64,000 bases of DNA from the NCBI GenBank assembly GCA_041651535.1, contig JBAZIZ010000003.1, forward strand, positions 83,357 to 147,356, read 5' to 3'. This stretch comes from Patescibacteria group bacterium. Its GTDB lineage: Bacteria; Patescibacteriota; Patescibacteriia; Magasanikbacterales; UBA922. The translations under genes were made by a program, and so were the position numbers. Below the pieces are notes generated by a model. It was not told the DNA's origin. It ran no database searches and saw nothing but the letters and a program-made list of their open reading frames with translations. This document shows positions 49,234 through 58,825 of this stretch, one piece after another. How positions within the stretch are numbered: position 1 is the stretch's first letter; every line of letters begins with the position of its first letter.

Positions 49234-49785
49234 ATGAAAAAAATAATTTTAGGTTTTACTGGTTTAATGGCTAGCGGAAAAGATACTTGCGCCGATTATT
49301 TAGAAAATAAATATGGTGGAAAAAATTATAGTTTTTCCACCATGCTTGCTGATGTTCTAAAAAGATATCATTTAGAAATCAATCGTGATAATCTCATAAA
49401 AATTTCAGAAGCGATGCGCACAACTTTTGGAGAAGATATTTTAGCAAAAACTATGGCATATGATTTAGAAAAAGATGATCATAAAATAGTATCCACCTCA
49501 AATGTTCGCCGTATGGCTGATATAAAATATTTATCAAAATTACCAAATTTTGTTTTGGTGACAATAGAAGCTGATCCAAAAATTCGTTACGAAAGACTTG
49601 TTAAAAGAGGACAAAGAAGTGATGAATTTAATAAAACTTATGAAGAATTCTTAGCTGATCATAAACGTTCAACCGAAATTACCATAATAGATACAATGGC
49701 TCAAGCTACAGAAAAAATAGACAATAACGGTAATATTGAGGAATTATATTCTCAGGTTGATGCAATCTTAAAAAAATATCAATAA
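49234..49785 (+). CDS. P-loop NMP-kinase-fold protein (dephospho-CoA-kinase-like/dNMP-kinase-like)
   Basis: GLMASGKDT Walker A, NVRR, lid R.ERL..R; substrate unknown. Confidence 0.75.
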   Translation: MKKIILGFTGLMASGKDTCADYLENKYGGKNYSFSTMLADVLKRYHLEINRDNLIKISEAMRTTFGEDILAKTMAYDLEKDDHKIVSTSNVRRMADIKYLSKLPNFVLVTIEADPKIRYERLVKRGQRSDEFNKTYEEFLADHKRSTEITIIDTMAQATEKIDNNGNIEELYSQVDAILKKYQ

Positions 49786-49801
49786 TTATTAAAATAAAAA
49801 T

Positions 49802-50668
49802 ATGGATGCTTATTTAAAAATTGTTAAAAATATTTTAGAAAATGGTGAAAGAAAACCAAATCGCACTGGAGTTGATACGATTGCTCTTGCTGGAGCTTTT
49901 TTCGAACATGATATGAGTGAAGGTTTTCCTATTTTAACCACAAAAAAAGTTCCTTTTAGACTGCCTGCTAGTGAATTAGAATTTTTTATTAAAGGATTAA
50001 CTGATAAAAAATGGCTGCAAGATAGAAATAATCATATTTGGGATGAATGGTGCAGTCCAAAAAAAGTTCCTTATGGACATGACGAAGAAACTAAGAAAAA
50101 AATGGCTGAAGAAAGAGAGCTTGGCCCAATTTATGGTTTTCAATGGCGTCATTTCAATGCTGAATATACAAATTTTGATACTAATTATGAAGGAAAAGGA
50201 ATTGACCAATTAAAAAATGTTGTGGAAACATTGAAAAAAAATCCAACAGACAGACGAATGATAATTAGTTCATGGAATCCATGCCAATCTGGAGAAATGG
50301 CTTTACCACCATGTTATATAGCTTCTCAAATAACAGTGATCGGAGACAAAATCAATTTACTTTGGAACCAAAGATCTGTAGATGTTATGATCGGTTTACC
50401 TTTTGATATAGTAAGCCATGCTTTGCTTTTACATTTACTTGCCAAAGAAACAGGTCTAAAAGAAGGACGTTTAGTTGGATTTTTAGGTGATGCTCATATT
50501 TATGAAAACCATATTGAGGGTGCAAAAGAACAACTAAATAGAATTCCAAAAAAATTACCAACAATTAGTACTGAAAATTTTACTTCAATTTTTGATTGGC
50601 AATATACAGATTCTAAAATTTTAAATTACGATAGTCATGAAGCAATTAAATTTGATATTGCTGTTTAA
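49802..50668 (+). CDS. thyA: Thymidylate synthase family protein with dCMP-type specificity substitutions (D202, Y172)
   Basis: NRTG, FPILTTKK, IWDEW, LGPIYGFQWR, DRR, LPPC, QRSVD, AHIYENH all intact; PFD for PFN and PCY for PCH. Confidence 0.9.
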   Translation: MDAYLKIVKNILENGERKPNRTGVDTIALAGAFFEHDMSEGFPILTTKKVPFRLPASELEFFIKGLTDKKWLQDRNNHIWDEWCSPKKVPYGHDEETKKKMAEERELGPIYGFQWRHFNAEYTNFDTNYEGKGIDQLKNVVETLKKNPTDRRMIISSWNPCQSGEMALPPCYIASQITVIGDKINLLWNQRSVDVMIGLPFDIVSHALLLHLLAKETGLKEGRLVGFLGDAHIYENHIEGAKEQLNRIPKKLPTISTENFTSIFDWQYTDSKILNYDSHEAIKFDIAV

Positions 50669-50684
50669 TTTTATCTTTTATTTT

Positions 50685-51167
50685 ATGATTTCAATTATAG
50701 TAGCCATTGCTGACAATTATTGTATCGGTAAAAATAACAAGATCCCTTGGCACATTCCAGAAGATTTTAAATATTTTAAAGAAAAAACATTAGGAAAAAC
50801 TGTTATTATGGGCGCTAATACTTTTGAATCAATTACAGGCTATCTTAAAAAACCTTTGCCAGATAGAAAAAGTTTAGTTTTAAATAAAGATTTAAATTAT
50901 CAAGTGCCTGAAGGTGTTTTTGTCTTTGATTCAATTCCTAAAGCTCTTGATTTTTGTAAAAATGAAGACGAAGTTTTTTTTATCGGTGGAGCTAGTGTTT
51001 ATCGCCAAGCAATGGAATTTGCTGACAGACTTTATATTACTGAAGTACACCAAAATGTAGATGGCGATACTTTTTTCCCAGAAATAGACAAAAATATTTG
51101 GCAAGAAATAAGTCGTGATGATAAAGATGGTTTTTCTTTTGTCATTTACGAGAGAATAAAAAAATAA
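50685..51167 (+). CDS. folA: Dihydrofolate reductase
   Basis: IG..N.IPW..PED...F, MG..TFES, PLP.R, IGGA.VY, GDTFFP; ATG at 50685 preferred. Confidence 0.95.
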   Translation: MISIIVAIADNYCIGKNNKIPWHIPEDFKYFKEKTLGKTVIMGANTFESITGYLKKPLPDRKSLVLNKDLNYQVPEGVFVFDSIPKALDFCKNEDEVFFIGGASVYRQAMEFADRLYITEVHQNVDGDTFFPEIDKNIWQEISRDDKDGFSFVIYERIKK

Positions 51168-51176
51168 TTTAATTCT

Positions 51177-51881
51177 ATGTTTATAATACTTGATGGAATT
51201 GATGGTTCAGGCAAAGGCACTATTATAAAAGAATGGCAAAAATATTTTGAATCACAAAATAAAAAAATTTTTAATCTAAAAGAATTTTGGCGTATAAATA
51301 ATCGTCATCCTGAATTTGAAGAAATAAAAAATTTTGATGTTCTCTTTTCTGCTGAACCAACTTATGTTGGCGTTGGCGAAATAATTCGCAAAGAATTAAT
51401 AAAAAATGGAAATGATTATAGTCCAACTACAATCGCCCATGCTTATGCTTTGGATAGATTGGTTCTTTATAAAAAAATTATAATACCTTTTTTACAAATG
51501 AATAAAATTGTTATCAAAGATCGCAGTGTAAGTACTTCTCTTTGTTATCAACCGTTGCAAGATGGTTCAATTACAATTGATGAAGTAGCTAAAATTGAAG
51601 GAAATGAATTTGCTTTAAAAAACGCTCCTGATTATTTAATTATCGCCGACTTGCCTGCTACTGAAGCTATCAAAAGATTGTTTGAAAGAACTAACGAAAA
51701 AGACGATGCTTTGTTTGAAAAAAAAGAATTTTTAGAAAAAGCACGCACAACTTTTTTAAGTGAAAATTATCAAAAATTTTTCACTGACCGAGGAACAAAA
51801 ATAAAAATCTTTAATTCTAATCAAAATATTGATATAATGAAAACAGAAAGTATCAATTTGCTTTTAAATTTAATAAGTTAA
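51177..51881 (+). CDS. tmk: Thymidylate kinase
   Basis: DGIDGSGK, EP, DR motifs, S..YQ, PD. Confidence 0.88.
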   Translation: MFIILDGIDGSGKGTIIKEWQKYFESQNKKIFNLKEFWRINNRHPEFEEIKNFDVLFSAEPTYVGVGEIIRKELIKNGNDYSPTTIAHAYALDRLVLYKKIIIPFLQMNKIVIKDRSVSTSLCYQPLQDGSITIDEVAKIEGNEFALKNAPDYLIIADLPATEAIKRLFERTNEKDDALFEKKEFLEKARTTFLSENYQKFFTDRGTKIKIFNSNQNIDIMKTESINLLLNLIS

Positions 51882-51885
51882 TCTT

Positions 51886-52644
51886 ATGCTTATCTCTCCT
51901 TTAGCTATTTTAAAATCCTCTCTTGAGCTTTTTAAAAAACATAGTGGCATTTTTCTAAAATATTCTGCAGTAATTTTTATCCCTTCTTTTATTTTGATGA
52001 TAGTCCAATATTCACTCAGTTATTTTATTTTATTTTTAGGAAATGCTTTTTTAGCTTTTGCTTTATATTTATTTTTATCACTTAGTATTTCTTTAGCTAG
52101 TATTTGGATCAGTTTATCTCTCATTAAAACTATTGCCAAAATCTATGAAAATCAATTACCAAATTTTAGCGAAAGTTTTAATCAAACAGCAAATTCAATT
52201 CTTTCTTCTATTTGGGCTTATGTTTTGATTTTTTTAGCAGTTTTTGGTGGATTGATTTTATTTATAATTCCAGGAATAATATTTGCGATTTGGTTTTCTT
52301 TTGCTATTCAAGCAGTCGTTTTAGACGAGAAAAAAGGAGTTGAGTCTTTGAAACAAAGTAAAAAATTAGTAGAAAAAAGATGGTGGCAAACTTTTTGGAG
52401 AATTTTTATTCCAGCTTTGTTTTTTACTTTAATTATTGTAATTTTTGAATGGTTTTTTGCTTTAATTTTAGGAGTAAAGGACGAAACAGTCTTAAATTTA
52501 CCAACTTTTATTTACTTGGTTTTAATTATGATTTTAAGTTCTTTTGTAACTCCGTTTGCTACTAGTGCTATGACAATTTTGTATTTGGAACTTAAAAAAA
52601 ATCCGGTCAAAAAAGAATTAGTTGATGAAAGTCTAACAAATTAA
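51886..52644 (+). CDS. Multi-TM hypothetical membrane protein
   Basis: LFIIPGII, SL..S..LV..RWW motifs common in uncharacterised membrane families. Confidence 0.75.
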   Translation: MLISPLAILKSSLELFKKHSGIFLKYSAVIFIPSFILMIVQYSLSYFILFLGNAFLAFALYLFLSLSISLASIWISLSLIKTIAKIYENQLPNFSESFNQTANSILSSIWAYVLIFLAVFGGLILFIIPGIIFAIWFSFAIQAVVLDEKKGVESLKQSKKLVEKRWWQTFWRIFIPALFFTLIIVIFEWFFALILGVKDETVLNLPTFIYLVLIMILSSFVTPFATSAMTILYLELKKNPVKKELVDESLTN

Positions 52645-52734
52645 AATTTTAGATTTAAAAAATTAAAATACTCTTTTAAAAAGGAGTATTTTTTTTCTTG
52701 AAAAAAGTCTTATTTTTTTGTATAATTAAACAAT

Positions 52735-53040
52735 ATGAAAATAAATAAAGAAACAATTGAACATATTGCTAAATTAGCAAGATTAAATTTAACAGAATTC
52801 GAAAAAACTAAATATGCTGAGGAACTTTCAGTAGTTTTTGATTATATTGAAGATTTAAATAAAATTGATACTGAAAATATCAGTGAAACTTTTCAGGTTG
52901 TCGATTTAAAAAATATTGTCCGAGATGATAAAACAAAAAAAACAAATTTAGAACAACGAAAAAAAATAATAGAAAATTTTCCAGAAAAAGAAATGAATTT
53001 ATTAAAAGTAAAAACTGTTTTTGACAATCTTGATGAATAA
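52735..53040 (+). CDS. gatC: Asp/Glu-tRNA amidotransferase subunit C
   Basis: HIAKLARL, RDD; upstream of gatA and gatB. Confidence 0.93.
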   Translation: MKINKETIEHIAKLARLNLTEFEKTKYAEELSVVFDYIEDLNKIDTENISETFQVVDLKNIVRDDKTKKTNLEQRKKIIENFPEKEMNLLKVKTVFDNLDE

Positions 53041-53042
53041 TT

Positions 53043-54476
53043 ATGAATTTAAAAAAATTAACAATTAAAACTGCCCATGAAGGTTTAATTACAAAAAAAT
53101 TTACTGATTTTGAATTAGTTAAAGCCTATTTAAAACAAATTAAAAAACAAAATAAAAAAATAAACGCTTTTATTACTTTAAATGATGAAGAAGCTCTTAA
53201 TTTAGCAAAAAAAATTGATGAAAAAATAAAAAATAAAGAAAAAATAAATATTTTAGAAGGTATTCCTTTTGGTCTTAAAGATGCAATTTGTAGTAAAGAT
53301 TTAAGATCAACTGCTGGCGCAAAAATTTTAGATAATTACAAACCATCTTATGAAGCGACAGTAGTTAAAAAATTAAAAAATGCTGGAGCAATACTTATTG
53401 GCAAACAAAATTGTGATGCTTTCGGACATGGTGCTAGTAATGAACATTCTATGTATGGGCCAGTAAAAAATCCACATAATTTAAAAAAGGTGGCTGGTGG
53501 TTCTTCTGGTGGTTCAGCAGCAGCCGTAGCTGCTAACATGTGTTTGTTTTCTCTTGGAGAAGATACTGGCGGTTCTATCAGACAACCGGCTTCTCTCTGC
53601 GGAATTGTTGGTTTCCGACCAAGTTATGGTAGAAATTCTCGTTATGGAGTAATGCCAATGGCTAGTTCTTTTGATGTTGTTGGTCCATTTGCAAAAAATG
53701 TTGAGGATATATCTTATATTATGGAAATTATTGCGGGTCAAGACAAAAAAGATGCAACTACAATCAAAAAAGCTGTGCCAAAATATTCTACGGAAATAAA
53801 AAAAGAATTAAAAAGTCTAAAAATTGGAATTCCAAAAGAATATTTTGAAATGTCAGGACTAGATTTAGAAACTAAAAAAATAATTGAAGAAAAAATAAAA
53901 AAAATTGAAAAACAAGGTCATAAAATAATAAATATTTCTTTGCCTTTATCAAAATATGCTTTGCCTGTTTATTACATTTTAGTTCCAAGTGAAGATAGTT
54001 CAAATTTAGCTAGAATTGATAGTATTCGTTATGGAATTCGTGAAGAAAATACACAAAATCTTTATGATTTATATGCAAAATCAAGACAAAATGGACTTGA
54101 AGAGGAAGTAAAAAGAAGAATTATGATCGGTACTTTTGCTTTATCTGCCGGCTATTTTGATGCTTATTATAAAAAAGCTATGAAAGTTCGCACTCTGATT
54201 ATCAAAGAATTCCAAAATGCTTTTGAAAATGTTGATTTTATTTTAACTCCGACATCCCCTTTTCCAGCTTTTGATTTAGGTGGAAAAAAAGATGATGTTC
54301 TCGCAATGTACAGTGCTGATATTTTTGTTTGTCCACCTGCTGTGGCTGGTTTACCAGCAATTTCAATTCCAGTTGGTAAAACAAAAAAGAAATTGCCTGT
54401 TGGTTTACAAATTATTGGCAAACAATTTGCTGACAGCGAAGTTTTACGAGTAGCTTATAATTTTGAAAATAAATAA
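53043..54476 (+). CDS. gatA: Asp/Glu-tRNA amidotransferase subunit A
   Basis: KD, GGSSGGSAAAVA, DTGGSIRQPAS, SSNLAR.D, EVKRRIMIG motifs. Confidence 0.96.
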   Translation: MNLKKLTIKTAHEGLITKKFTDFELVKAYLKQIKKQNKKINAFITLNDEEALNLAKKIDEKIKNKEKINILEGIPFGLKDAICSKDLRSTAGAKILDNYKPSYEATVVKKLKNAGAILIGKQNCDAFGHGASNEHSMYGPVKNPHNLKKVAGGSSGGSAAAVAANMCLFSLGEDTGGSIRQPASLCGIVGFRPSYGRNSRYGVMPMASSFDVVGPFAKNVEDISYIMEIIAGQDKKDATTIKKAVPKYSTEIKKELKSLKIGIPKEYFEMSGLDLETKKIIEEKIKKIEKQGHKIINISLPLSKYALPVYYILVPSEDSSNLARIDSIRYGIREENTQNLYDLYAKSRQNGLEEEVKRRIMIGTFALSAGYFDAYYKKAMKVRTLIIKEFQNAFENVDFILTPTSPFPAFDLGGKKDDVLAMYSADIFVCPPAVAGLPAISIPVGKTKKKLPVGLQIIGKQFADSEVLRVAYNFENK

Positions 54477-54480
54477 TTTT

Positions 54481-56010
54481 ATGAAATATACAGCCATAAT
54501 CGGAATGGAAGTTCATGTGCAATTAAAAACTAAAAGTAAAATGTTTTGTGATTGTAAAAACGATTTAAATGAAAATGAGGCTAACAAAAATATTTGTGAA
54601 ATATGTTTAGCTGAACCAGGAACATTACCAACTGTAAACAAACAAGCAATTGATTGGGGAGTTTTGATTGCAAAAGCTTTAAATTGTCAGATTGCTGAAA
54701 AATCAAAATTTGATCGCAAACATTATTTTTATCCTGATTTAGCAAAAGGTTATCAAATTTCTCAAGCTGATGAACCAATTGGCGAACATGGATTTATAGA
54801 ATTAGATTTTCCTTTAGAAAATGAAATTAGAAACACTGCAAAAATAAATATTACAAGAGTCCATTTAGAAGAAGACACCGCAAAATTGACTCATGATTCA
54901 AATAAAAATACACTAATAGATTTTAACCGTGCGGGAACCCCACTTATAGAAATAGTTTCTGATCCAGATTTTAAAACTGCTTTAGAAGCCAAAACTTATT
55001 TACAAGAATTGCGTTCCCTACTTCGTTATTTAGGAGTCAGTGACGCTGAGATGGAAAAAGGACAAATGCGTTGTGAAGCTAATATTTCTGTACAAGAAAC
55101 AGGAAAATTTGAAATTGAAAATGGTAAAGTAGTTGCTTTAGGCAATTATAAATTAAACAATAAAGTTGAATTAAAAAATTTAAATTCTTTTAAAGCTGTT
55201 GAAAAAGGTATAAATTATGAAATAAAAAGACAAACCGATTTATTAGAAAAAGGAGAATTTTGGATTCAACAAACCCGAGGTTGGGATGAAAAAAAAGAAG
55301 AAACATTTTTACAAAGAGTAAAAGAAAGTGCGGCTGATTATCGTTATTTTCCTGAACCCGATTTACCACCATTTGAACCAAAAAAATTTTTTATTTCTAC
55401 TGTGCCAGAATTACCGATACAAAAAAGAAAAAGATTTGTCAGCGAATATGATTTTTCTTATGCTGATGCAAAAATTTTAAGTGACGAAAAAAAATTAGCA
55501 GATTTTACAGAAAATATTATGACAGAAATTTTTGCTTGGTTAGAAAAAACAAATGATTTAGAAAATTTTTCTGTACAAAAACAAAAAGTTGCTCGCCTCG
55601 TCGGACCATGGATAACCAATAAACTTTTTGGGCTCATGGCTGAAAAAAATTTAAAATTAAAAGATATAAAATTTTCTGCAGAAAATTTTGCTGAACTTAT
55701 TTCTTTAATTTATACAGAAAAAATTAACCAAACTAATGCTTTAAAAGTTTTAGAAGAAATGCTAACTAAAAAAACTGATATTGACCCAAGTCATATTATG
55801 GAAGAAAAAGGTTACGGACAAATAAAAGATGAAAATAAAATTGGAAATGCAGTTGAAGAAGTTATAAAATCTTACCCAAAACAAGTAGAAGAATATAAAA
55901 ATGGTAAAGAAGCTATTTTGAAATTTTTAATTGGTATGGTTATGAAAGCTAGTGAAGGTACGGCTGACCCATTTGTTGTAGAAAAAATATTAAAAGAAAA
56001 ACTGGGGTAA
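54481..56010 (+). CDS. gatB: Asp/Glu-tRNA amidotransferase subunit B
   Basis: IGMEVHVQL, RKHYFYPDL, HLEED, DFNRAG.PL.E, DYRYFPEPD; ATG at 54481 preferred. Confidence 0.97.
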   Translation: MKYTAIIGMEVHVQLKTKSKMFCDCKNDLNENEANKNICEICLAEPGTLPTVNKQAIDWGVLIAKALNCQIAEKSKFDRKHYFYPDLAKGYQISQADEPIGEHGFIELDFPLENEIRNTAKINITRVHLEEDTAKLTHDSNKNTLIDFNRAGTPLIEIVSDPDFKTALEAKTYLQELRSLLRYLGVSDAEMEKGQMRCEANISVQETGKFEIENGKVVALGNYKLNNKVELKNLNSFKAVEKGINYEIKRQTDLLEKGEFWIQQTRGWDEKKEETFLQRVKESAADYRYFPEPDLPPFEPKKFFISTVPELPIQKRKRFVSEYDFSYADAKILSDEKKLADFTENIMTEIFAWLEKTNDLENFSVQKQKVARLVGPWITNKLFGLMAEKNLKLKDIKFSAENFAELISLIYTEKINQTNALKVLEEMLTKKTDIDPSHIMEEKGYGQIKDENKIGNAVEEVIKSYPKQVEEYKNGKEAILKFLIGMVMKASEGTADPFVVEKILKEKLG

Positions 56011-56143
56011 ACTGGCAAACAAATTTTAGAATATTGTATATTTGTCTTTGGACATTTGACTTTGTCTGTGTTATAATAAATAAGTTGAAAAAAACAAAAA
56101 CCTGTCAATTAATGGTTTTTTTATTTGCTTAAAAATTAAAAAT

Positions 56144-57580
56144 ATGAAAAATATCCCCCTAGCATTAACTTATGATGATGTATTAATTGTACCTCGTCGT
56201 TCAAGTTTAAAATCTAGAAGTGAGGCTGATACTAAAACAAAATTAACAAAAAAAATTATTTTAAATTCTCCTCTAGTTTCTTCAAACATGGATACAGTCA
56301 CTGAATCAGAAATGGCAATTGCCATGGCTCGTATGGGCGGAATTGGAATTTTGCATCGTTTTATGACTATTGAACAAAACGTTGAAGAAATAAAAAAAGT
56401 TAAAAGAGCCCAAAATTTTATTATTGAAAATCCTTATACTATAAATGAAAATTCTACAATAGATGAAGCAAAAGAATTTACTGAGCAAATACATATTACA
56501 GGATTGATAGTAGTTGATGAAGAAAATCATTTAAAAGGAATTTTATCTCGCCGTGATTTTTTGTTTGCTAATGGCAATAATCATATTGTAAAAGAAATCA
56601 TGACTCCACGCGAAAAATTAATAGTTGGTAATATCAACACTTCTTTTATTGAGGCTAAAGATATTTTTGCTAAATATAAAATAGAAAAATTACCAATTGT
56701 AGATAATGAAGATAAAGTTATTGGTCTTATTACCAGCGATGATTTAAAATATAAAATTGAATATCCAAATGCTAGTGTTGATAAAAATGGTAGACTTTTG
56801 GTTGGTGCTTCAGTTGGAGTTCATGGAGATTATTTAGAAAGAGCCGAGGAACTTGTAAAAGCAGGAGCTGATGTTATTGTGATTGATATTGCCCACGGAC
56901 ATAGCGACATTATGTTTGAAGCTATAAAAAATTTAAGAGAAAAATTAGGTAATGAAGTTCAGTTGATTGCTGGTAATATCGCAACAGCTAACGCAGCTAA
57001 AGAAATGTGTGAAGCTGGAATTGATGGATTAAAAGTTGGTATTGGACCAGGTTCAATTTGTATTACTAGATTAGTCACTGGTTGTGGTGTTCCACAATTA
57101 ACAGCTATTATGGAAACAAGTAAAATCGCTAAAGAATACGGCGTACCTATAATTGCTGATGGTGGAATTCATCGTTCTGGAGATTTGGTAAAAGCTATTG
57201 GTGCTGGGGCTGATACAATTATGCTGGGCAGTATGTTTTCTGGAACTTTAGAAAGTCCAGGAGTTATAATGACTAAAGGAGATAAAAAATTTAAAATATG
57301 TCGTGGCAGTGCCAGTTTTACAGTTGCTAATGATCGAAAAAAAATAAAACAAGAAAAGAAAAAAAATAGTGATATTGTGCCAGAAGGTGTAGAATCTATT
57401 GTACCTTTTAAAGGTAGCGTGATTGATATCATAAACCAAATGATTGGTGGTTTGAAATCAGGAATGAGCTATACTAATTCTCACACGATAGAAGAATTAA
57501 AAGAAAATGTTGATTTTATTAGAATCACTAATGCTGGAATGACTGAAAGCGGTTCTCATGATGTACAAGCAATTACATAA
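56144..57580 (+). CDS. guaB: IMP dehydrogenase/GMP reductase family protein with CBS domains
   Basis: [39 protein letters not shown]; flap motif atypical (see findings). Confidence 0.8.
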   Translation: MKNIPLALTYDDVLIVPRRSSLKSRSEADTKTKLTKKIILNSPLVSSNMDTVTESEMAIAMARMGGIGILHRFMTIEQNVEEIKKVKRAQNFIIENPYTINENSTIDEAKEFTEQIHITGLIVVDEENHLKGILSRRDFLFANGNNHIVKEIMTPREKLIVGNINTSFIEAKDIFAKYKIEKLPIVDNEDKVIGLITSDDLKYKIEYPNASVDKNGRLLVGASVGVHGDYLERAEELVKAGADVIVIDIAHGHSDIMFEAIKNLREKLGNEVQLIAGNIATANAAKEMCEAGIDGLKVGIGPGSICITRLVTGCGVPQLTAIMETSKIAKEYGVPIIADGGIHRSGDLVKAIGAGADTIMLGSMFSGTLESPGVIMTKGDKKFKICRGSASFTVANDRKKIKQEKKKNSDIVPEGVESIVPFKGSVIDIINQMIGGLKSGMSYTNSHTIEELKENVDFIRITNAGMTESGSHDVQAIT

Positions 57581-57595
57581 TTTTAATAAGCTCAT

Positions 57596-57650
57596 AAAAA
57601 ACCTTGTTTAATGTTTTAGACAAGGTTTTTTATTTAAAACTTTTTTAAAA
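57596..57650 (+). terminator. Terminator, near-duplicate of 43559-43614
   Basis: AAAAACCTTGTTTAA/TTAGACAAGGTTTTT plus shared tail TTTAAAACTTTTTT. Confidence 0.75.
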
Positions 57651-57729
57651 CATGACTTTCGATATTTGATTTTCGACATTTGACTATTTTTTGTGATATA
57701 ATAATCCTATAATTACTAAATAATTGTTT

Positions 57730-58749
57730 ATGCCAAAAAAATATACAATGTCTTTTTATGGAATAATGCCCGATATGAAAACATATTTAAGACAAAAAAT
57801 GAAAAAAAATAATTTAAATATTTTTATTGATCCAATCGAAGAAAAAAGTTTAGAAAAAATTGATAAAAATACTGAGATTTTAGGTGTTTTTGTAGATTCA
57901 AAAGTTGATAAAAAAGTTTTTGAAAAATTACCAAAATTAAAAATGATTACAACTTTTTCAACAGGTTTTGACCATATTGATTTAAAAGAAGCAAAAAAAA
58001 GAAAAATTACTGTTTGTAATGTTCCGACCTATGGAGAAAATACAGTTGCCCAACACGCTCTTGCTCTTATTTTAGCTTTATCTAGAAAATTATTTCAATC
58101 TTTAAAAAGAGTAAAAGAAGGTGTCTATGATTATCATGGTCTTTGTGGTTTTGATTTAAAAGATAAAACAATTGGAATTGTTGGCACTGGACATATTGGC
58201 ATTCATTTAATTCGTATGCTTCAAGGTTTTGACGCAAATATTATAGCTTTTGATGTTTTTCCAAACAAAGAATTGGAAAAAAAATACAATTTTAAATATG
58301 TAAGCAAAAATAAATTATTTCAAGAATCTGATATTATTTCTCTTCATTTACCTCTTTTCCCTGAAACGCACCATATAGTTGATAAAAAAGCGGTAAAAAT
58401 GATGAAAACTGGAGTCTATATTATAAATACAGCTCGAGGTGGACTTATTGATTCTGAAGCCATTGTTGCTGGTCTTGATAGCAAAAAAATTGCTGGCTTT
58501 GCAGCTGATGTTCTTGAAGACGAAGGACTTATTGAAAATCCTGAACTTTTAATTTCAAACAAAAGAACTATACGAGAAATAAAAGTTAGTTTAATGAATA
58601 ATGTTTTAATTGATCATCCAAAAACTATTATAACTCCACATAATGCTTTTAATAGTATTGAAGCATTAAAAAGAATTTTTGATACAAGTATAGAAAATAT
58701 AAATAGTTTTCTGGAAGAAAAAATTATTAATGAAGTGAAAAGTAAATAA
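57730..58749 (+). CDS. D-2-hydroxyacid dehydrogenase (D-lactate dehydrogenase-like)
   Basis: STGFDHID, NVP.Y, GTGHIG, SLHLP, INTARG, DVLE.E, TPH.AF motifs. Confidence 0.9.
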   Translation: MPKKYTMSFYGIMPDMKTYLRQKMKKNNLNIFIDPIEEKSLEKIDKNTEILGVFVDSKVDKKVFEKLPKLKMITTFSTGFDHIDLKEAKKRKITVCNVPTYGENTVAQHALALILALSRKLFQSLKRVKEGVYDYHGLCGFDLKDKTIGIVGTGHIGIHLIRMLQGFDANIIAFDVFPNKELEKKYNFKYVSKNKLFQESDIISLHLPLFPETHHIVDKKAVKMMKTGVYIINTARGGLIDSEAIVAGLDSKKIAGFAADVLEDEGLIENPELLISNKRTIREIKVSLMNNVLIDHPKTIITPHNAFNSIEALKRIFDTSIENINSFLEEKIINEVKSK

Positions 58750-58825
58750 AAAAATAAAATCAATATTAAAAAAGACTCTCAATTAGAAAGTCTTTTTTTA
58801 TTTTTGTAAATCAGTAAAAAAATAT

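Noticed and set aside
53043-54476. GatA KQNCDAFGHG in place of KTNMDEFAMG as a sign of changed function
   Set aside because: The Lys-Ser-Ser triad and gatCAB context are intact; most likely lineage divergence.
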